From Folioceros fuciformis (taxonomy: Eukaryota), in assembly GCA_049999805.1 (NCBI GenBank), contig JBNGIO010006279.1, positions 154,533 to 210,484 on the forward strand: a stretch of DNA of 55,952 nt, written 5' to 3'. Below the pieces are notes generated by a model. That model ran no database searches. It worked only from the letters and a program-made list of their open reading frames with translations, and had not been told where the DNA came from. This document shows positions 1-17,793 of the stretch, in pieces; positions within the stretch are counted from its first letter, which is position 1, and the number at the start of each line of letters is the position of its first letter. The translations under genes and the position numbers were made by a program.

Positions 1-2445
1 TCCCAGACTAGACGCTGCGGTGCGGCGCATAGCCGGAAACGGGCTGCTGCAATCGGGGCACCTGCAAACTGGGCGAAGCGGGTGGGCTATCGGTTTCTGG
101 GCTGGCTGCAGGACGAGTGGGACACTTCGGATGCACTCAGGCCTGTGGTCCGATTCTGGAGCAAGCACGTCACATTTTACCGTCTTCATCTCACCTACTT
201 CATCGTCATCGCCATTGTGGGCACCTTGCTGGTGTGGGTGTCCCCCAAGCGGAATGGCCATGTCCCGCTCATCGACGCGATCTTCGGCGTCACCTCCGCT
301 CTGTGCGTGACGGGCCTCTTCAGTATGAAGATGGAGCAGTTGTCGGTGTTCGACGAGTCGGTGCTCGTAGTGCTGATGCTGCTGGGGAGCCAGGTGTTCA
401 CGTCCCTGTTGCCGGTTTTTGTGAGACGCTTTTATCTCCACCGCTATTTGAGGAAGTACATACGTGACAAGGGCAGACTGGACAAGGGTGCCCTGACTGA
501 CCTGCAGGAGAGTGAGAAGCCTGTGCCGCAGACCCAGAGCCTGGGGCGAGGCACAGCTGTTGGGTTGGAGTCTCCCAGGTGGTCCGAGGATGAGCACATT
601 CAACAGGAGATAGTGCACCACACTTGGTCTGGGGAGATGTCCAGGAAGGAGGCCCAGAAGTTGGCCATGGTGCGGAACATCTCCAAGGCTCTCAGTGCCC
701 GGCTGGCGGAGAGGGAAACAGGCGTCAGGAGTTCCAAGAAAACGCAGCAGGGTGGACAGGGTAACGAGGATGACGAGTTTATGGATCTGTCGACAGCCAA
801 GACTCTGGAGCACGAGGCTTTGACGTACCTGAGCTGGCTGGTTCCTGTTTACTTCTTTGGAGTCCAGGTTGCAGGGTTTTGTACCGTTCTTCTCTACTTC
901 ATTGGTGCACCTCATGCTCGGCAAGTTCTCAAGGAGCGAAACGTGAATCGCACCTTTTTCGCCATGTTCACGTCTGTGTCTGCGTTTGCAAATGCTGGGC
1001 TTACCCCGATTGACGAGAACATGGTGCCGTTCAGGAAGTCGGTCCTCCTGCTCGTGAATTACGCGGTTCTCATTCTGGTGGGCAACACTCTTTTCGCACC
1101 TGTCATGCGGTTGTTCATCTGGGTGCTGTCCCGTGTGGCCAGGAGCAAGAGCAGGGCTGTGTGCAAGTATCTTCTGGAACATCCTCGGAAGTGTTACACT
1201 CACCTGTTCCCTCGAGATCAGACCCTGTGGCTTGTCCTCACGGTCATGGCGTTCAATGCAATTGAGTTCACTGCGTTCTGCGCTCTGGACTGGAGGTCGT
1301 CTGCCCTGAAAGGCTTGGGGCCAGGCTACAAGGTGGCTGATGCCCTCTATCAGTCCATCAACACTCGCAGCTCAGGCTTCCAAGTGATCAATTTGGCCCA
1401 GCTCTCCTCCGCCATGCTTGTGCTCTATGTGGGCATGATGTGAGTCCATGCCAATCCAATGCCTGGTGCCTCGTTCCCATACTATGCGGATGTCAACAGT
1501 TAGCTCATCTTGCTGGACTGCTTAGTTCTTCGATGCTGCCAAAGATGACAAGAAGTTTGTCGTGTTTCAGGTACATAGCAGCTTACCCTGTCTTCTTGTC
1601 TCGACAGAACACGAAGGCAGCACAGGAAGTTTACGACGAATCCGACCTTGGCGTGTACGCCAGTAACTGGGAGTCAGAGTTAGTGGGCAGCAAGATATCG
1701 GTTCAAGCCAGGAATCTTCTAGCACGCGATTCAGCTTACTTATTCGTGTCCGTGTTCTTGATCTGCATCCTCCATAACAAACAGATCAAGAGCGATCCTC
1801 TCAACTTCTCCATCTTTAATATCATTTTCGAGGTGATCAGGTGAGTTGCAGCCTCCTCTGGGCAACACCAGCTGCAGTCATGTCGTGTAACTTCATCCGC
1901 CTCACACTCTCTTACTGGTGCTTCAAATATGCAGTGCTTACGGAAACGTGGGACTGTCCGTGGGCTATAGCTGCGATCTAGCAAGAAAAGCGAAGCAGAA
2001 CATTGACTGCAAAGACGTACCCTTCAGTTTCTCCGGCAAGTGGAATTCAGGAGGCAAGGCTATACTTGTAGTGGTCATGTTCCTGGGTAGACATAGGGGC
2101 CTGCCAGACAACATCGACTCCGCAGTGAAGCTGCCTCGGCGTAAGGAGTTCGATGTCAAGAAGACCCGAAGCCTTTCAAGGTTTAGGGATCCCGTGGTGT
2201 GGACTTCAATGCAAGGGAGAAGTTCGCATGAAGGCTTCGGCATGAGTGCACCACCAGGAGAGACCGCCACCACGGAAGCTTCCTCACCCCGCCAGAACAA
2301 CTCCCCAAACCTTAGGCCTGCTCATACCCTAGACAACGAACTCAGAGAGGGCAGCAGGAGCCCATGCATCCAGTCAAACCCTGAGCTGCCTGAGGTGACC
2401 GCTTGCCGTGATCATGCCATTTCCATGGGGAGTACCACAGCATAG
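1..2445 (+). CDS. HKT: HKT/Trk-family cation (K+/Na+) transporter; 3 exons (<1-1439, 1571-1840, 1935-2445); frame is open to the window edge, so the start may lie upstream
   Basis: Four MPM pore-loop motifs: CVTGL, SAFANAGL, NTRSSGF and SAYGNVGLS, plus C-terminal MFLGRHR. GT-AG introns at 1440-1570 and 1841-1934 join ORFs 82..1443, 1440..1844 and 1918..2445 in frame (MM|YIA, EVIS|AYG), matching the two 3' introns typical of plant HKT genes. Confidence 0.92.
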
Positions 2446-2879
2446 GAGTAGGTCGAGGTTTCCTGCTTTAGTTTCCTCAAAGTAGGAGACCATGCTGTAC
2501 ATGCACGGGCCTCCGACACCGTTCCAGACCATGATCCGGTATCAGCCGGTCGTGACCACGTTATGTTAACTAGTGCCTAGGAGCATATGATATAGATACG
2601 CCAACGGATGAGGCCAACGTTAGAAGTTCAATTCTGACAAGAGGTCCATATCCTGTGATCGTGCCATAGTTAATGCCTTGAACAAATAAAATAGACCCGG
2701 AGTTTAGCACGTTTGCACGTCGCAAGCGTCAAGAAGTTGGGTTCAAAACTCCAGTGCCTCGTCGAAGTTTACCAGCACCAGAGGATGCTACGAAGTCGAG
2801 CTGATCAAGGGATCCTTCCAGCACCGACCCACCAAAAAGTAGCTCACTTGCGATGATGAAGTAGCGTCATCCGTGATGC

Positions 2880-6314
<3,435 letters not shown>

Positions 6315-6758
6315 TGTCGAAGCGTGTGCTGCGGCCACCACCAAGGCCACGACAAACAGATTCCTCCACTTCAGCGAGTCTCAAAAGGGAAGAGCAGGCC
6401 ACTTCGAAGGCACAACAGGTTGCCAAGCGGGGAACGAAGACCTCTAATGACCTGGAAGACCAAAGCGGCCGCTGCTTCCTCCTCTTGGGTCCGGTACGGT
6501 CTGGTATGAATAGGATTATGCACACTTGTCACCGTCCTCAGAGCTCAACAAACACGCTAAGGGGAGCTTTCCGAATATTCCCCCCCGTTCCGTTCCCGTG
6601 GGATTTGGGGATATGCGATGTAGGGTTAGCAATTCCAGCATTGGGCTGCCATCGCTAAGGATGATGGCGATGGATCGAAAAACCTCCACTCAATGGGGGG
6701 AGACTTGAATGTTGTGGGGCAGGGCCAGCAGAAATGTAATGCAGTTTGCTTCGCAAAC

Positions 6759-8021
6759 TCACAGCAACCTCTCTGCCGCACGAATTTTGCTGTAGCCATC
6801 TATGATATGCCACAATGCGGAAACAGTTTCGTCCATCTCCTTCTCCTTGGCTCGCAGCTCCTTCCTCACCGAGTCCAGAGCTTTAGTAGTTTCCTTGAGC
6901 TCTCTCTTGAGGTTCTCCAGGTCCTCGTGCTGCCGCCGTTCCTGTTCCTGTTCCTCCTCCTCACGCTTCCTCTTGGACACCTTCAGATTCAGTTGCCTGG
7001 AGCTGGGGCTGGCTTCAAGCTCCTGGCATGCGGTCGAGCCATCGGAGATGAGCCAGGTGGACCTCCGGAACCCCTGCCCTGGAGTCGGAGTGGGGCCTTG
7101 GCGGGATTGAGCTTCGGGCCTCTGGGCGTCCCACTTCGTTCCTTACCCGATGCCATGGCAGCCACGCAGGGCAGAGCAGTGGAGACGTAGGTGAGAAGAA
7201 GGTGCTTGGCGGAATCGGTGAGGGGTCTCCAGCTCTCGTTCGTCAGCCTCGTCTTGATATACTCCACCCTGTGCCTGGCCCAGTCGAATCCCGTCTTCTG
7301 GAACATGCTCTTGCCGAAGGCATACAAATGACAGGCACAACCGAAGCCTGGCCTGTCAAGAAGAGCCGTTTCCTGTGCAGCTCGATGTACTCCCTCAGCG
7401 ATGGAAGTATGCTCTTCATCAACACCCCCTTACTGCTGTTCCGACACCCATCCCGTACACTTACCCCAGTCAGGTAGCTCTCCACTCCCAGCCTATCCCC
7501 CGTCACCGGCACCTGTTTCCCTCCACTACCGATCCCCAAAACTCTTCCTACAATCTCAGGCTCCAGAGACAGCACAGTCTGCCCGTTAATCTGTATCATG
7601 CCAGGCTGGCCCCCCTCTTCATCGCAGAACCCAGTCACCCTGTACCCTGCATTCAGCCTCACCACCCTCCCTTTCCCCTTACAGATGAAAGGAAACGGAC
7701 GCCCTCGAGTGGGATCAATGCAGCCGAGCTTCATCAAAAACCGCTCGTCAGTCTTCCAGGCATCGTCGACTTCGTAAGTGGGAGCATAATCAGCATTCTC
7801 TATTTTCCTTTTCTCATGTCCTCCTCCGCCAGAAACCCGCCCACCCTCTTCTCCGCTTTCCGAACATGCCCGCTTCCATCTTCATCCGACGAGGTCTCCG
7901 TGGTCGACACTTCGGAGTCCTGGGTGTTGTTCCTTCCATATGCAGTGTCTCCGCCCGTCACCCCTTCTTCCACCTTCACATTCACCATGTTCTCCAGATT
8001 CATTGCTCCATTCTCCACCAT
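6759..8021 (-). pseudogene. Frameshifted ORF relic, probably transposon-associated (plant mobile domain / retrotransposon accessory ORF-like) with a C-terminal coiled coil
   Basis: Four consecutive minus-strand ORF pieces (7800-8021, 7243-7737, 6989-7327, 6759-6980) read as one protein if three frameshifts are allowed. Motifs INGQTVLSLEPEIVGRVLGIGSGG and GFDWARH resemble plant transposon accessory proteins; the last piece is a Glu/Lys-rich coiled coil. Confidence 0.45.
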
Positions 8022-8934
8022 GATTCCCCTGCACAGTCAAGCAACCCGCTAGTGTGCCAACTCCATCACCTAATTCACCTTCCCAGCACCGTCAAAACCA
8101 CAACTCTCACCACACACAATGCTCCAAGAAAGCAAACGCTCTTTATTTCTCTTCTCGAAGCAGTCCTAGAGCTATACATCAACTTCATGCAATCGGGCCA
8201 GCAGTCTGGGCAAGAATTGAAGACTAGCATCAAATCTTTCAAGACTCACATCACCAGGCCGTGAGGTCTAGGCTGGCGGCGCCTGTGCTTCATTTGATCC
8301 TGAGCGAGAGAGCCGCGGCACAACCCAACACAACTGAACACATCAATTGTCAGGACTGCGGGTTACTGTGACACTCGTTCTCCTCCAGGTTCTGCCTGCA
8401 TGGATCTCATTGTATGTACATACATACGTCCATGCTTAGCCAAATCGATAACGACGTAGCACGCAGCAATTTGGAAGCGGGATCGACCAGATCAACAACT
8501 GAATTCTCATATTTCAAATCGGGAGTGAAAAAAATGTGTACAACGCAGAGAGAGGACCAGATCCCAGGACAATCCATGCCCCTGGACCTGACCTGCCATC
8601 TGGTTCACCCACACTGCCTAAACCAGGAATGTGGATGTTTCTAGTACCTCGGGTTCAGAAGAGGACGACGAAACGTAAGGTCACGAGGCAATATATACAC
8701 CACATGGCAGCTTTATCTTTGCTCCAGTGGTATGTGACAGAACTTCCGTCTTCAGGTCCTGCTCCGACCTGCGAGATCAGGACGTTAAGTTGCTGACTCC
8801 TCTCCGAGTTGGCGGGACATGGAGCACAGAGAAGATGAACGGACCTGGGTGGAGCAAGCGATGTGAATTCGGTACAATTCTAGAGAGGGGAGTGTCAGAA
8901 CATGGGGGAGCCCCGGGCATGATCACTCTATGCG

Positions 8935-11900
8935 TTAGTCGAAGATTTCCTGCACCTCGATTCTGCTGTGCTGGCTGCACAGGCGCGAGTAAGCAAGCGT
9001 GAGAGTGACGAATAGGGTTGGGCATGGGAGTGGAGGAATGAATGAAGGACCTACTGGTCGTCTTTCGTGATGCGGTAGTACCGCTCCGCGTGCTGCCGTT
9101 GTCCGATGAGCTGGGCGAAGCGTTCATCGTGGGTGATGACGATGAGCTGGAAGTTTTCCTGGGCTTTTCTGTCTTCGATTATCCTGGTGGGCACAGAGAT
9201 GATGCGTCAGAGCAACGGCTCTGACTAGAGATTGGGATTAATGGGTGCAAAGACTAGCGTGACGTTGTCAGAACGTTCGTTACCTGAGTAGAGCAGATGC
9301 CAGGCTCTCGGCGTTCGGGGTGTCGAGGTTGGTAGTGGGCTCGTCTAGAGCTAGGATTCCGCAGTTGAGGCAGAATGTTTCTGCCAGAGCTAGCCTGATG
9401 ATGAGGGATGCCAGGACCTGTGAGAATGTTCAAGATGCACATCAGCCGATGCCATGACTCAGCGTACGCCTGTGGCAAATCGGTGCAGCATGGTCGGAAG
9501 GAGACAGACCTTCTGACCAGCACTACATCGACCCCGCATTTCCAGTTCAGCGTCCCCGCTGCGCATTATGACCTGCACAAACAGATCCTTGAGTCGTCAC
9601 TCATCCACAAGGTCATACAGTCCAAAAGGATGTTGCCATGGTTGTAGTCTCGTACCCTGTAACTGTAAGATCTGGTCCCAACACCCTCTGCGTCAGAGCG
9701 AATTTCGATATAGTCTATATCTTGACCACGGTAAGTTTGCTGCCAAAGCTCCTTGATTATCTTGTTGATCTCCTCCATTTTGAGAGCATGAAATCTCATC
9801 AAAGCCCTGCAGAGGAACGTTAGCACAGGCAAATGAAAAGGAAAGTGGGGTAGTTCACAGCAGCATAGGTCAATCACACGTGATTACTTGTCCAGTGCGT
9901 TGTAATATTTGTCCAGGTCCTTATTCGCCATCTCGGTGGTCTGTTGAACTAGCATCAAAGTATGTCAATCACAGGTCTGCCCCAAAGCGAGAGAAACCAT
10001 AAAGCCAACATCGACGACAAAGACGCACCTTCAGCTGTATGAGCTGGCTGCAATATCGTTTGTCAATGTCTTTGTACTTAACTTCTTTGAGCTCCACCTT
10101 GCTTTTCCCCATGTTGCTTTCAAAGACAGCCACGCTGCCTCGGCTCCTGTTAAGCTGCAAGACGGAGTAATCTCAGGAAAAATCTTTGACCCATAGTTCA
10201 CACAAGCAGGTACTTTTTCGAAGCCTTACGCTTGACAGTAAAGACTGCTCCTCTGCGGCCAGCTTCTTGAGATCGTTTTCCACAGTTTGTGGATCACCAA
10301 TCTGCAGCATGTCTCTCTCCAGTGAAGCTATCTCGTCGCCCGCCTGCTTTTCTGATTGAAGAGTTTGCCTGTAACTGATGTTATCATCAATGTTTCGTTT
10401 GATCTGAGCCTGATTGCCCAGTAATTCTCGCTTCTTGTTGAGTTCGGTAGAAAGCTCTTCTCTCTCGTTTTCACGGACCTTCTGCTTAGCCTTGATGTCG
10501 GACAGCTTAACGTTGACGTCTATTAGTTTAGCTTCCGTTTCACTATCATAGTACCTGACAGAGAAAGAAGCAGTGACGATGAATTGAATATCTGTCACCT
10601 CTAGTCCAAAGCACAGGCAGAGGATAGATAGATATCCTACTCCGTGGCCATCCTGTCATGAAAGGGGGTTATCCTTACTTCTTAATACTGATCGCCGAGG
10701 CTTGTAGCTTGTCCACCCCCCGCTCAAAAACTCGGACATCCTTCATGCGATCTTCCTCCTCTGCTGCAACCTTGCGTTTGCAGGCCTGAAGCTCCCGTTC
10801 TAAACTCTGGATTCTTCTCGCTAATGGCTCCCTTTCACTTTCCAATGCCTGAGGACCATGAACGTTCAGAGAGCACTGTCATACCATCTTAAATCCCAAA
10901 GGTGCCCACAAGGTTAACAGACTAGAGTATCTTCAGAGCAGGACTAGGGGTTTGCCCAACCCAAGCATACCGTCATAGAATTGTCAGCCAGCATAGCTTG
11001 TTCTTTTAACTCCTCAAAGTCTTTTTGCTTCTGACTCAGTGTCTCCTGTTTTCCAGCCATTTCAAGCTTCCTCTCTCTGGCGCGCTGCCAGCGACTCTTG
11101 ATTACGGCCAAGTCATCATTAGCATGTCGTTGCTCATCCAGTAGCTTTTCCATATTCCTCCTCACCTCCTCCCTGATAACAAAAGACGAGGCACTTAAAA
11201 TGCTATTACGTTCCCGCACAAACTGTCATGGAGGAATATGTGGTTCGAAAAATGAAAGTAGCTCACCATTGCTCAGTCACCAAAGCAAGCTTGCTGTTAA
11301 CTTCATCAAGGCTCTCAGTATTCTGAGACACAGCTTCAAGACTCAGTTCCTGGTCCTCCACTAGCTTCTTAAGAGATTGAATCTCTCTCTGAAGTCTGTC
11401 GACATCATTCGAAGGCACCAGGAGGCTCTCTGTAATTTCCAACTGTACATTTGCGTGTGCTAACAGACCTATTTGCTGACAAGAACAAATTCCACGATCA
11501 GAAACATCCATGGATACCCGTGCCATCTTGCTCAACAACCTGAAGAATGCAGGCTAGAAATCGAAATACAAGAAGCAAATATAGTTTACTACTACTCCTG
11601 TGCTTACTCACATCATCCTGAACTTCCTTCAGCTTTTCCACCTCGGAAGACAGCTCTTCCACAATCTTCTGAGCCGCAATTATCTCTGCAGAAAGTCTCA
11701 TGTATTCTTCGTAGGCTGGCCGCAGCTTCTCCAACTCCGTGGCTTTTACTTCGGCATCAAAGCACAAAGCTTGGTATTCTCGCAAATGGTCCTCTGAGCG
11801 CGACTGTAGGTCTCGTTGCTAGTAGAGGAATGCTTAGCTCAGAACAAGACTAACCAAACAGCAACCAATTCTAGGTCTATGAAAGTTATCCCCCACCTTG

Positions 11901-14900
11901 TTGACAAATGTGTCTTCTTCTTCGGTAGTGAAAGGCCTGTCACAACAAGGGCAAACATGATTGCTCCTTGCAGTTGTCTGGAAGGGCTCATAAAACCTCC
12001 TCATTCCCTCAAGTGCGGCACGGTCCCTGTAGAAGTAAAGCATTAGGATCCCTCGGTCTCCCTCCATGTTAGAGAGCAAACTGCAGACAGTCTCATTCTA
12101 AAGAACCAAGGACTAGCGAATGCGGCACACTTAAGATGTGCTAAGCACTATTGCCAGGTAGTTTTGAATCAAAAGGACCAGGGTGGAAATTCTTTTGTAT
12201 ATGTACCCACTTGAAACGTTTCTCCTTCAGCTTCACAGCCTCCTCTAACTGTCGTGGAAACGCAGAAACATCTACGTTTAACTGAAGATAATTCTTCAGC
12301 CCGTTGAACAGGAATTTTTTCTTGGCTGCGAGATCATGAACAGAGTACGTTACTGACATTCTTAGGAAGACTCAGCTTTGAATGCACGTCATGGCCATCA
12401 CCCATTTCCAACATGAGGTCTAATGCTTACCGTCTCTAGCTGCTTCATGCTTCAGAATTGTATTTTTGGTTCCTTCAAGCCTTGATGAGACCTTAACAAC
12501 TTCCTGCTCGGCTTCCCTGACGTCGTCCTGTAACCCGGCCACAATTTCCTTGTGCTTGCTAGAACCAACCAAGGACTAACGAGGTTAGTGCGCTACCTGA
12601 TCAAATGCCACAGGAGACACACTGTCCACATATTGAGCACCTGATTAAAACTTCGACATCGCTCTTGAGATTCTTGGGATCGGGTGCCCTAGCTCGTCCC
12701 AACTTTTTGTACGTCTCGTGAATAACTTTCAGTCTGCAGAAATTAGAGCTATGAGTGGTTTCACGCTGTAGACAGCACAGTCGAGCAGAGTGCACTAGGA
12801 AAGTGATTGGTTGTGTAACAGACCTTTCACTGAATGTGTTCTCTCTTTGAACCAGAGTTTCCTTCCTGATCCTCAGTGCTGCTCTTTCGGAAGATGCACT
12901 CGCTATGTCATCTTTCTTCCGCTGAAGACTTCTTCTCTCGCCCTCTAGTGTCACGGCCCGCTCTTTTGCAGTCTGTATCTTGGACTCAAAACGACTTTCC
13001 AGAAGCTGTTTAGAAGCTTTTGAAGCTTCCTCTCCCTGTATTTGCACACTGTCAGCATAAAAGCTCTAATAGACAAGTACCACGACAGATACCACACAAG
13101 GAGCGACCACATCATTTTTCTGTAGCTCGTTTCGTACTGACCAGCGCTTTCTCTGTCTCGTCTGCCCTGTCCATCTCTTGTTTGTTGACCTCCATTAACA
13201 GTAGCTCAATTTCCTCAGATAACAAGCTATACCTGCTTTGATCCCTTTTCTGAAGAAATGTTTGCCCAGATAATGACCATCAGCACATGTCTACCAGCAT
13301 AACTAAGCTAACCACAGCACTTCAGACATCAAGGATACCACCTGCTGCTCTTTGGTTGCCCTGATATTGCTGTCCACTTCTATCTTCTTTGTCACCTCCC
13401 GTTGTACAGTTTCTCGCAAGTGCTCAACCTCTCTGCTGTTCTCTTGCTGCAGCATAAATGACCACCATTAGATTTTCAGACCAAACAGTGATCAATTTTT
13501 ATGGACACAATTGCAGAGCTGAAAGCAACCCAAGCAGCACCTGCAATTTTCGGAAATTCGCCTTCAACTCGTCCAAGCGTTCAGAAGCTCTGGAGACATA
13601 GCCAATGGCTGTGACGTTGTTTAGTGGAAGCGTGTCAACCACGCCTAGATTCATCTCGGAGAAAAACTGCTGAATATGTGAATCATGCTCCCTTTTCAAC
13701 TTCGCAAATGCCTTCAGGTACATGGAACATAGAAAGTCAGCCAGACTATGAAAAAGAGATCCTAAGGAAATCACAAAGGGATCCTATCTAGAAGCTCGCA
13801 AATATTTGGTACCTCCTTCTCAGCCTGCAGCCTGCCTTGTATCTTGCACGTGTTAGTGTATTCTTCCCCATGAGTCTCGATTTCAATAGTTGCTGTTTTG
13901 ATTTCCCTCTCAATCTTCTCAACGGCCATCCTTAAATCACCAATGTTCTCTTCAAACTTGACTTGCCACGTTAGGAGTTCCTCATCCGTGTCTGGCAAAA
14001 CGAAAAAAACCAGTCACGCCCCATCTGTGGAATTGTTTGACCCGTCACAGAGACTCACAATCAAGAGAATTAAAGCATATTGTACCTTCACTTTCTTCCT
14101 CGAGATCGTGCAATTGTTTTACTCTGCGCTGTGTCAGCATGTCTTTCATGGCCTTCTTTGTGCTGATTTGAGATTGCAACTTCCTCAGGTCCTTCAATGA
14201 GCTTTCCGTGGAATTCATCCTGCTCCGCAACTCCTCAATTGTCTTCTCAAGTTCTCGATTTTGCATATGTAAACGGGCAGCTTTCTGTTTGTCGCTCTCT
14301 ATACTCTCTTGCAGCTGCACACGAGCAACCCTCGAGAGTTTGTATAATCTCTTCAGCACAAACTCTGTGATATCCCTTGACAAGCTCCCGCTCTCATCAA
14401 TCTACCTTGTAAGCAGCATCTTTCACTATCTGCAGGTTCTCCAGTTTTAACTTGAAAGTCTTGATGTCTTGTGCTTGTTCTTTGTGCAACTTCTTGATGA
14501 CTTCCAGTGCCTTTGTGTACCTAAAACATGTTGTGAACCGTTCCAATCATCTTCCACAGGAAACAACGTTAAAATCACTCATCATCACATACATAACTTG
14601 AGTTGCCCTTGCAAATCCGGATTCCACCTGCCACACTAACCTAAAACAAGCATTCTGGATCAGAACCCAACACTCACCTCGTGGCAGAAAAGATGTCATC
14701 AAACTTTTTCTTGAGAGTAGCCGGCTCAGCAAGCGGCCAATTGGCCTCATCCTGGTGCACGAAAATAACATTCTCTAAGACTGCCTTGGAAACCCCCATC
14801 AACGTAGGAACCTCCCTGTCCATGTCCGCACATCGGTAGCTCAGACTAACTTTCTGCAAGAGTAATTATTAACACACTGTTAATTCTCAACAGACTATAC

Positions 14901-15537
14901 ACCAAAATATGCTTGCAAACACGAGTCTAGAGACTACCGCACCTACCTCACCAGTCTGAGCATTAATTGTCTGAAGAACACTTTCAATGGCCTTATACTC
15001 CATCTTGGATGCCTTCTGAGTCAGCTGGAAAGAGCGTACGCAAACCACATCTTTTCCAGCTGCAGTCTTAAACCTGAGTTTAATCTGGCCTTTGGTTTCC
15101 GTTTCCCCAGCAACCTGAGACGCACCCAAGAAACCCATCAAACCCGACACCTCCAACATCCAGAGCAAAACCGAAAGGGCAACAAAATTCCCGAACAACC
15201 TTCGGATCATGAACAAAAGTTTGACCGGATCTGGAGTTCGGAGGCAGCTCTCCGGTGCACGCATTCTTCAAGCACTCAATTACAGTCTACATGCGAGCGA
15301 GCGAGGATGTCAAACACGGATTATCATCAAATCCAGTGAAACAATAAAATTCCAATCACGCATGATATGCCCAAATTCACTCTCTGCCCAGCATAAGATG
15401 CAAGAATTGCTCACAGTTTTTCCTGCTCCGTTCGGTCCAACTATCAGAGTAAGGGGCCGGAAGAAGGTGAGAACAGTGGTGTTCTCCGGGTCGAAGCTGC
15501 GGATGCCCTTTATGAGCATCTTGTCTACGGTACTCAT
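8935..15537 (-). CDS. RAD50: DNA repair protein RAD50 (MRN complex), many exons
   Basis: N-terminus [17 protein letters not shown]; Walker [20 protein letters not shown]; zinc hook CPCC; long coiled coils; signature [10 protein letters not shown]; Walker [23 protein letters not shown]; ends IEVQEIFD-stop (TAA at 8935-8937). Confidence 0.97.
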
Positions 15538-16203
15538 GGTGACAGTTTTGCTTGACGTCCGTCCACCCAACAACGCCTCAACCCACAACCTTACTGGCGC
15601 ATGTGCTCCACTGAGACCTCGAAGTCTTTCGAAGTTGCTCTACAGAAGAATTCACGGAACCCCGACCAACCCAGCAATCGGGCAACAGCCTACTGGCTCA
15701 TTTCCCACAAACATCACGCTCAGCTGCGTGAGCACATCGAGAACCTGGCTCCCTCCAAAGGCAAACATGCCGTCATCCCCGCTCTTCGGAAATCAAGCTC
15801 CGTTTCAAGTTCTTCGCCGCACTGAGCCACCCTACCGAACATTAGCATTTGGGTGTCACTATTTTCCTCAGTGCAAATTGGAATCATTATCATTGTGGAA
15901 GAATGAAGGGACTTTATCCAAATCGGAAGTTTGGGTTCAGGGTTTAAGTTCGCCAGTTTTCTTGTAATGCTGGAATCGAATCGCGGGTAGGTGAAGTTGC
16001 CGATTTGACGCTAGCCTTTGCCCCATTCTGACTGATGCGAGGAACTTAGTTTTCCAATTCCACCGCTCTATCGAAACAAGGGCAAGGCGTCTGGCAGGAA
16101 CTCCTGTTGCTAAGATCAAATGTTGAGATTCAAATGTGGTGGGTGCCTCAATGGCAGCTTCGCGATTAGATTATCTAGATCTACAATATGAGCAGTTCAT
16201 TAC

Positions 16204-17687
16204 CTACGCAAGGTACTTCTCGAGCTTCTCGACCTCTTCCACGCTGCCTACATACAAAGGAACCCTTTGGTGCACCTGCATACAGGCAGAAGGGGGGCGT
16301 GTAAGACGGAAAGAAGAATGATGGCGGAGAGGCACATCAAAAACTGCACCTGCAACCGAAGAAGCCTCACCTGCTCGGGTTGGATGTCAAGGACTCGGTT
16401 GCGACCATCAGACCCCTTGCCTCCAGCCTGCTCAGCTAGGAAGCTCATGGGAGCACACTCGTACAAGAGCCTGAGCTTCCCGTTCTTGCTCTTCTTGTCT
16501 GATGGATACCCATAAATACCACCATAGAGCATCGTTCGGTGGAAGTCACCCACAAGGCTGCCGATGTAGCGAGCAGAGTATGGCTTTCCGGATGGGCCAG
16601 GGTCCTTGAGATCGTCGATGTACTTCTTCAGCTTGTCATCCCACAGAGCGTAGTTGCCTTCGTTGAAGGAGTAGATCTTGCCCTTCTTGGGAATCTGTAC
16701 CTCCCTGTGTGTGAGAACAAACTCCCCGTACAGAGGATCCAAGGTGAAGCCGTAGACGCCCTTGCCCACCGACAGCACCAGAATCACAGAGCTAGAGTAC
16801 ATGCAATAGCCCGCAGAGAGCAAATTGCTCCCTGGTTGGCAGACGTTCACGACGCAGTTCTGTTCAATCTGGTCCAACTGCACGGCACAAAAGAATGTAT
16901 CATCACAGCCCCACGGTAAGCGCGACAGGGGAGGAATGGAATGCACATAGTCCGAGACCATCTTCCAGTTCGATTGAATTAGTACCGTAGGACTATCCCC
17001 GAGGTCGGCCAAGCACTCCTCATTGGGCTTGTAGATGCCGAAGATGGAGCCTGTGGACACGGCGGCATCGATGTTGGAAGAGCCGTCCAAGGGATCGAAC
17101 ACCACAATGTAGTTCCCGGAGTAGCTCTCCTCCACCGCGACAGGAGTGTCCTCTTCCTCCGACGCGATGATGCCTGTCCGGCCACTGGAGCGGAGGCAGC
17201 TGGAGAAAACCTGCAAGTTCCGCACACAACAGACCAAAATGTGAGACGGGGAGAGACGCGAGCTTGGTAATTGCGCCCTTCCCATGCCGCACGACAGGAA
17301 GCCAGACCTCATTGGAGACGACATCCAGCTTCTTCTGGTCCTCTCCCTGCACATTCGTTGCGCCCTGCACTCCGGTGAGGTTGGAAATGCCGGCTCTCTG
17401 CACCAGGGATGCAATCTGCTTACAGGCGAGGGAGATGCTGGAGAGCACGATGGTGAGCTCGGCGTCGATCACGCCGGCCTGCTCCTGCTGCAGCAGCCAG
17501 GTGGTGAAGGTTTGGATCTCGTACTGGCTTCGCTTCTGTTTAGGAGGCTCTACGGACACCGCAGCCCTTGCGCAACCAGCTCCATTTTGCTGCTGCTCCT
17601 GCTGCTTGGAGGAAACAGAGGCGACAGACAATCGGCGCGAGCCCGGGAACGAGGAGTGCGAGAAGCTGAGCTGCGGGACAGAATTCG

Positions 17688-17725
<38 letters not shown>

Positions 17726-17793
17726 GCTCTGCAGCTAACCGAAGCTCCCAAGGCCACGCAGCAGCGGGAAAGGGCAGCGGTGGACGCAGCCAT
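16204..17793 (-). CDS. FBP: Fructose-1,6-bisphosphatase, chloroplastic (redox-regulated type), 4 exons
   Basis: Ser-rich transit peptide; GEDQKKLDVVSNE; FDPLDGSSNID; regulatory Cys loop EECLAD...NCVVNVCQPG; RYIGSLVGDFHRT; KLRLLYECAPM; last exon VHQRVPLYVGS...EKYLA-stop. Confidence 0.96.
17688..17722. repeat. (TGC)11 microsatellite encoding a poly-Ser tract in the FBPase transit peptide
   Basis: Perfect tgc repeats read directly from the sequence. Confidence 0.95.
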
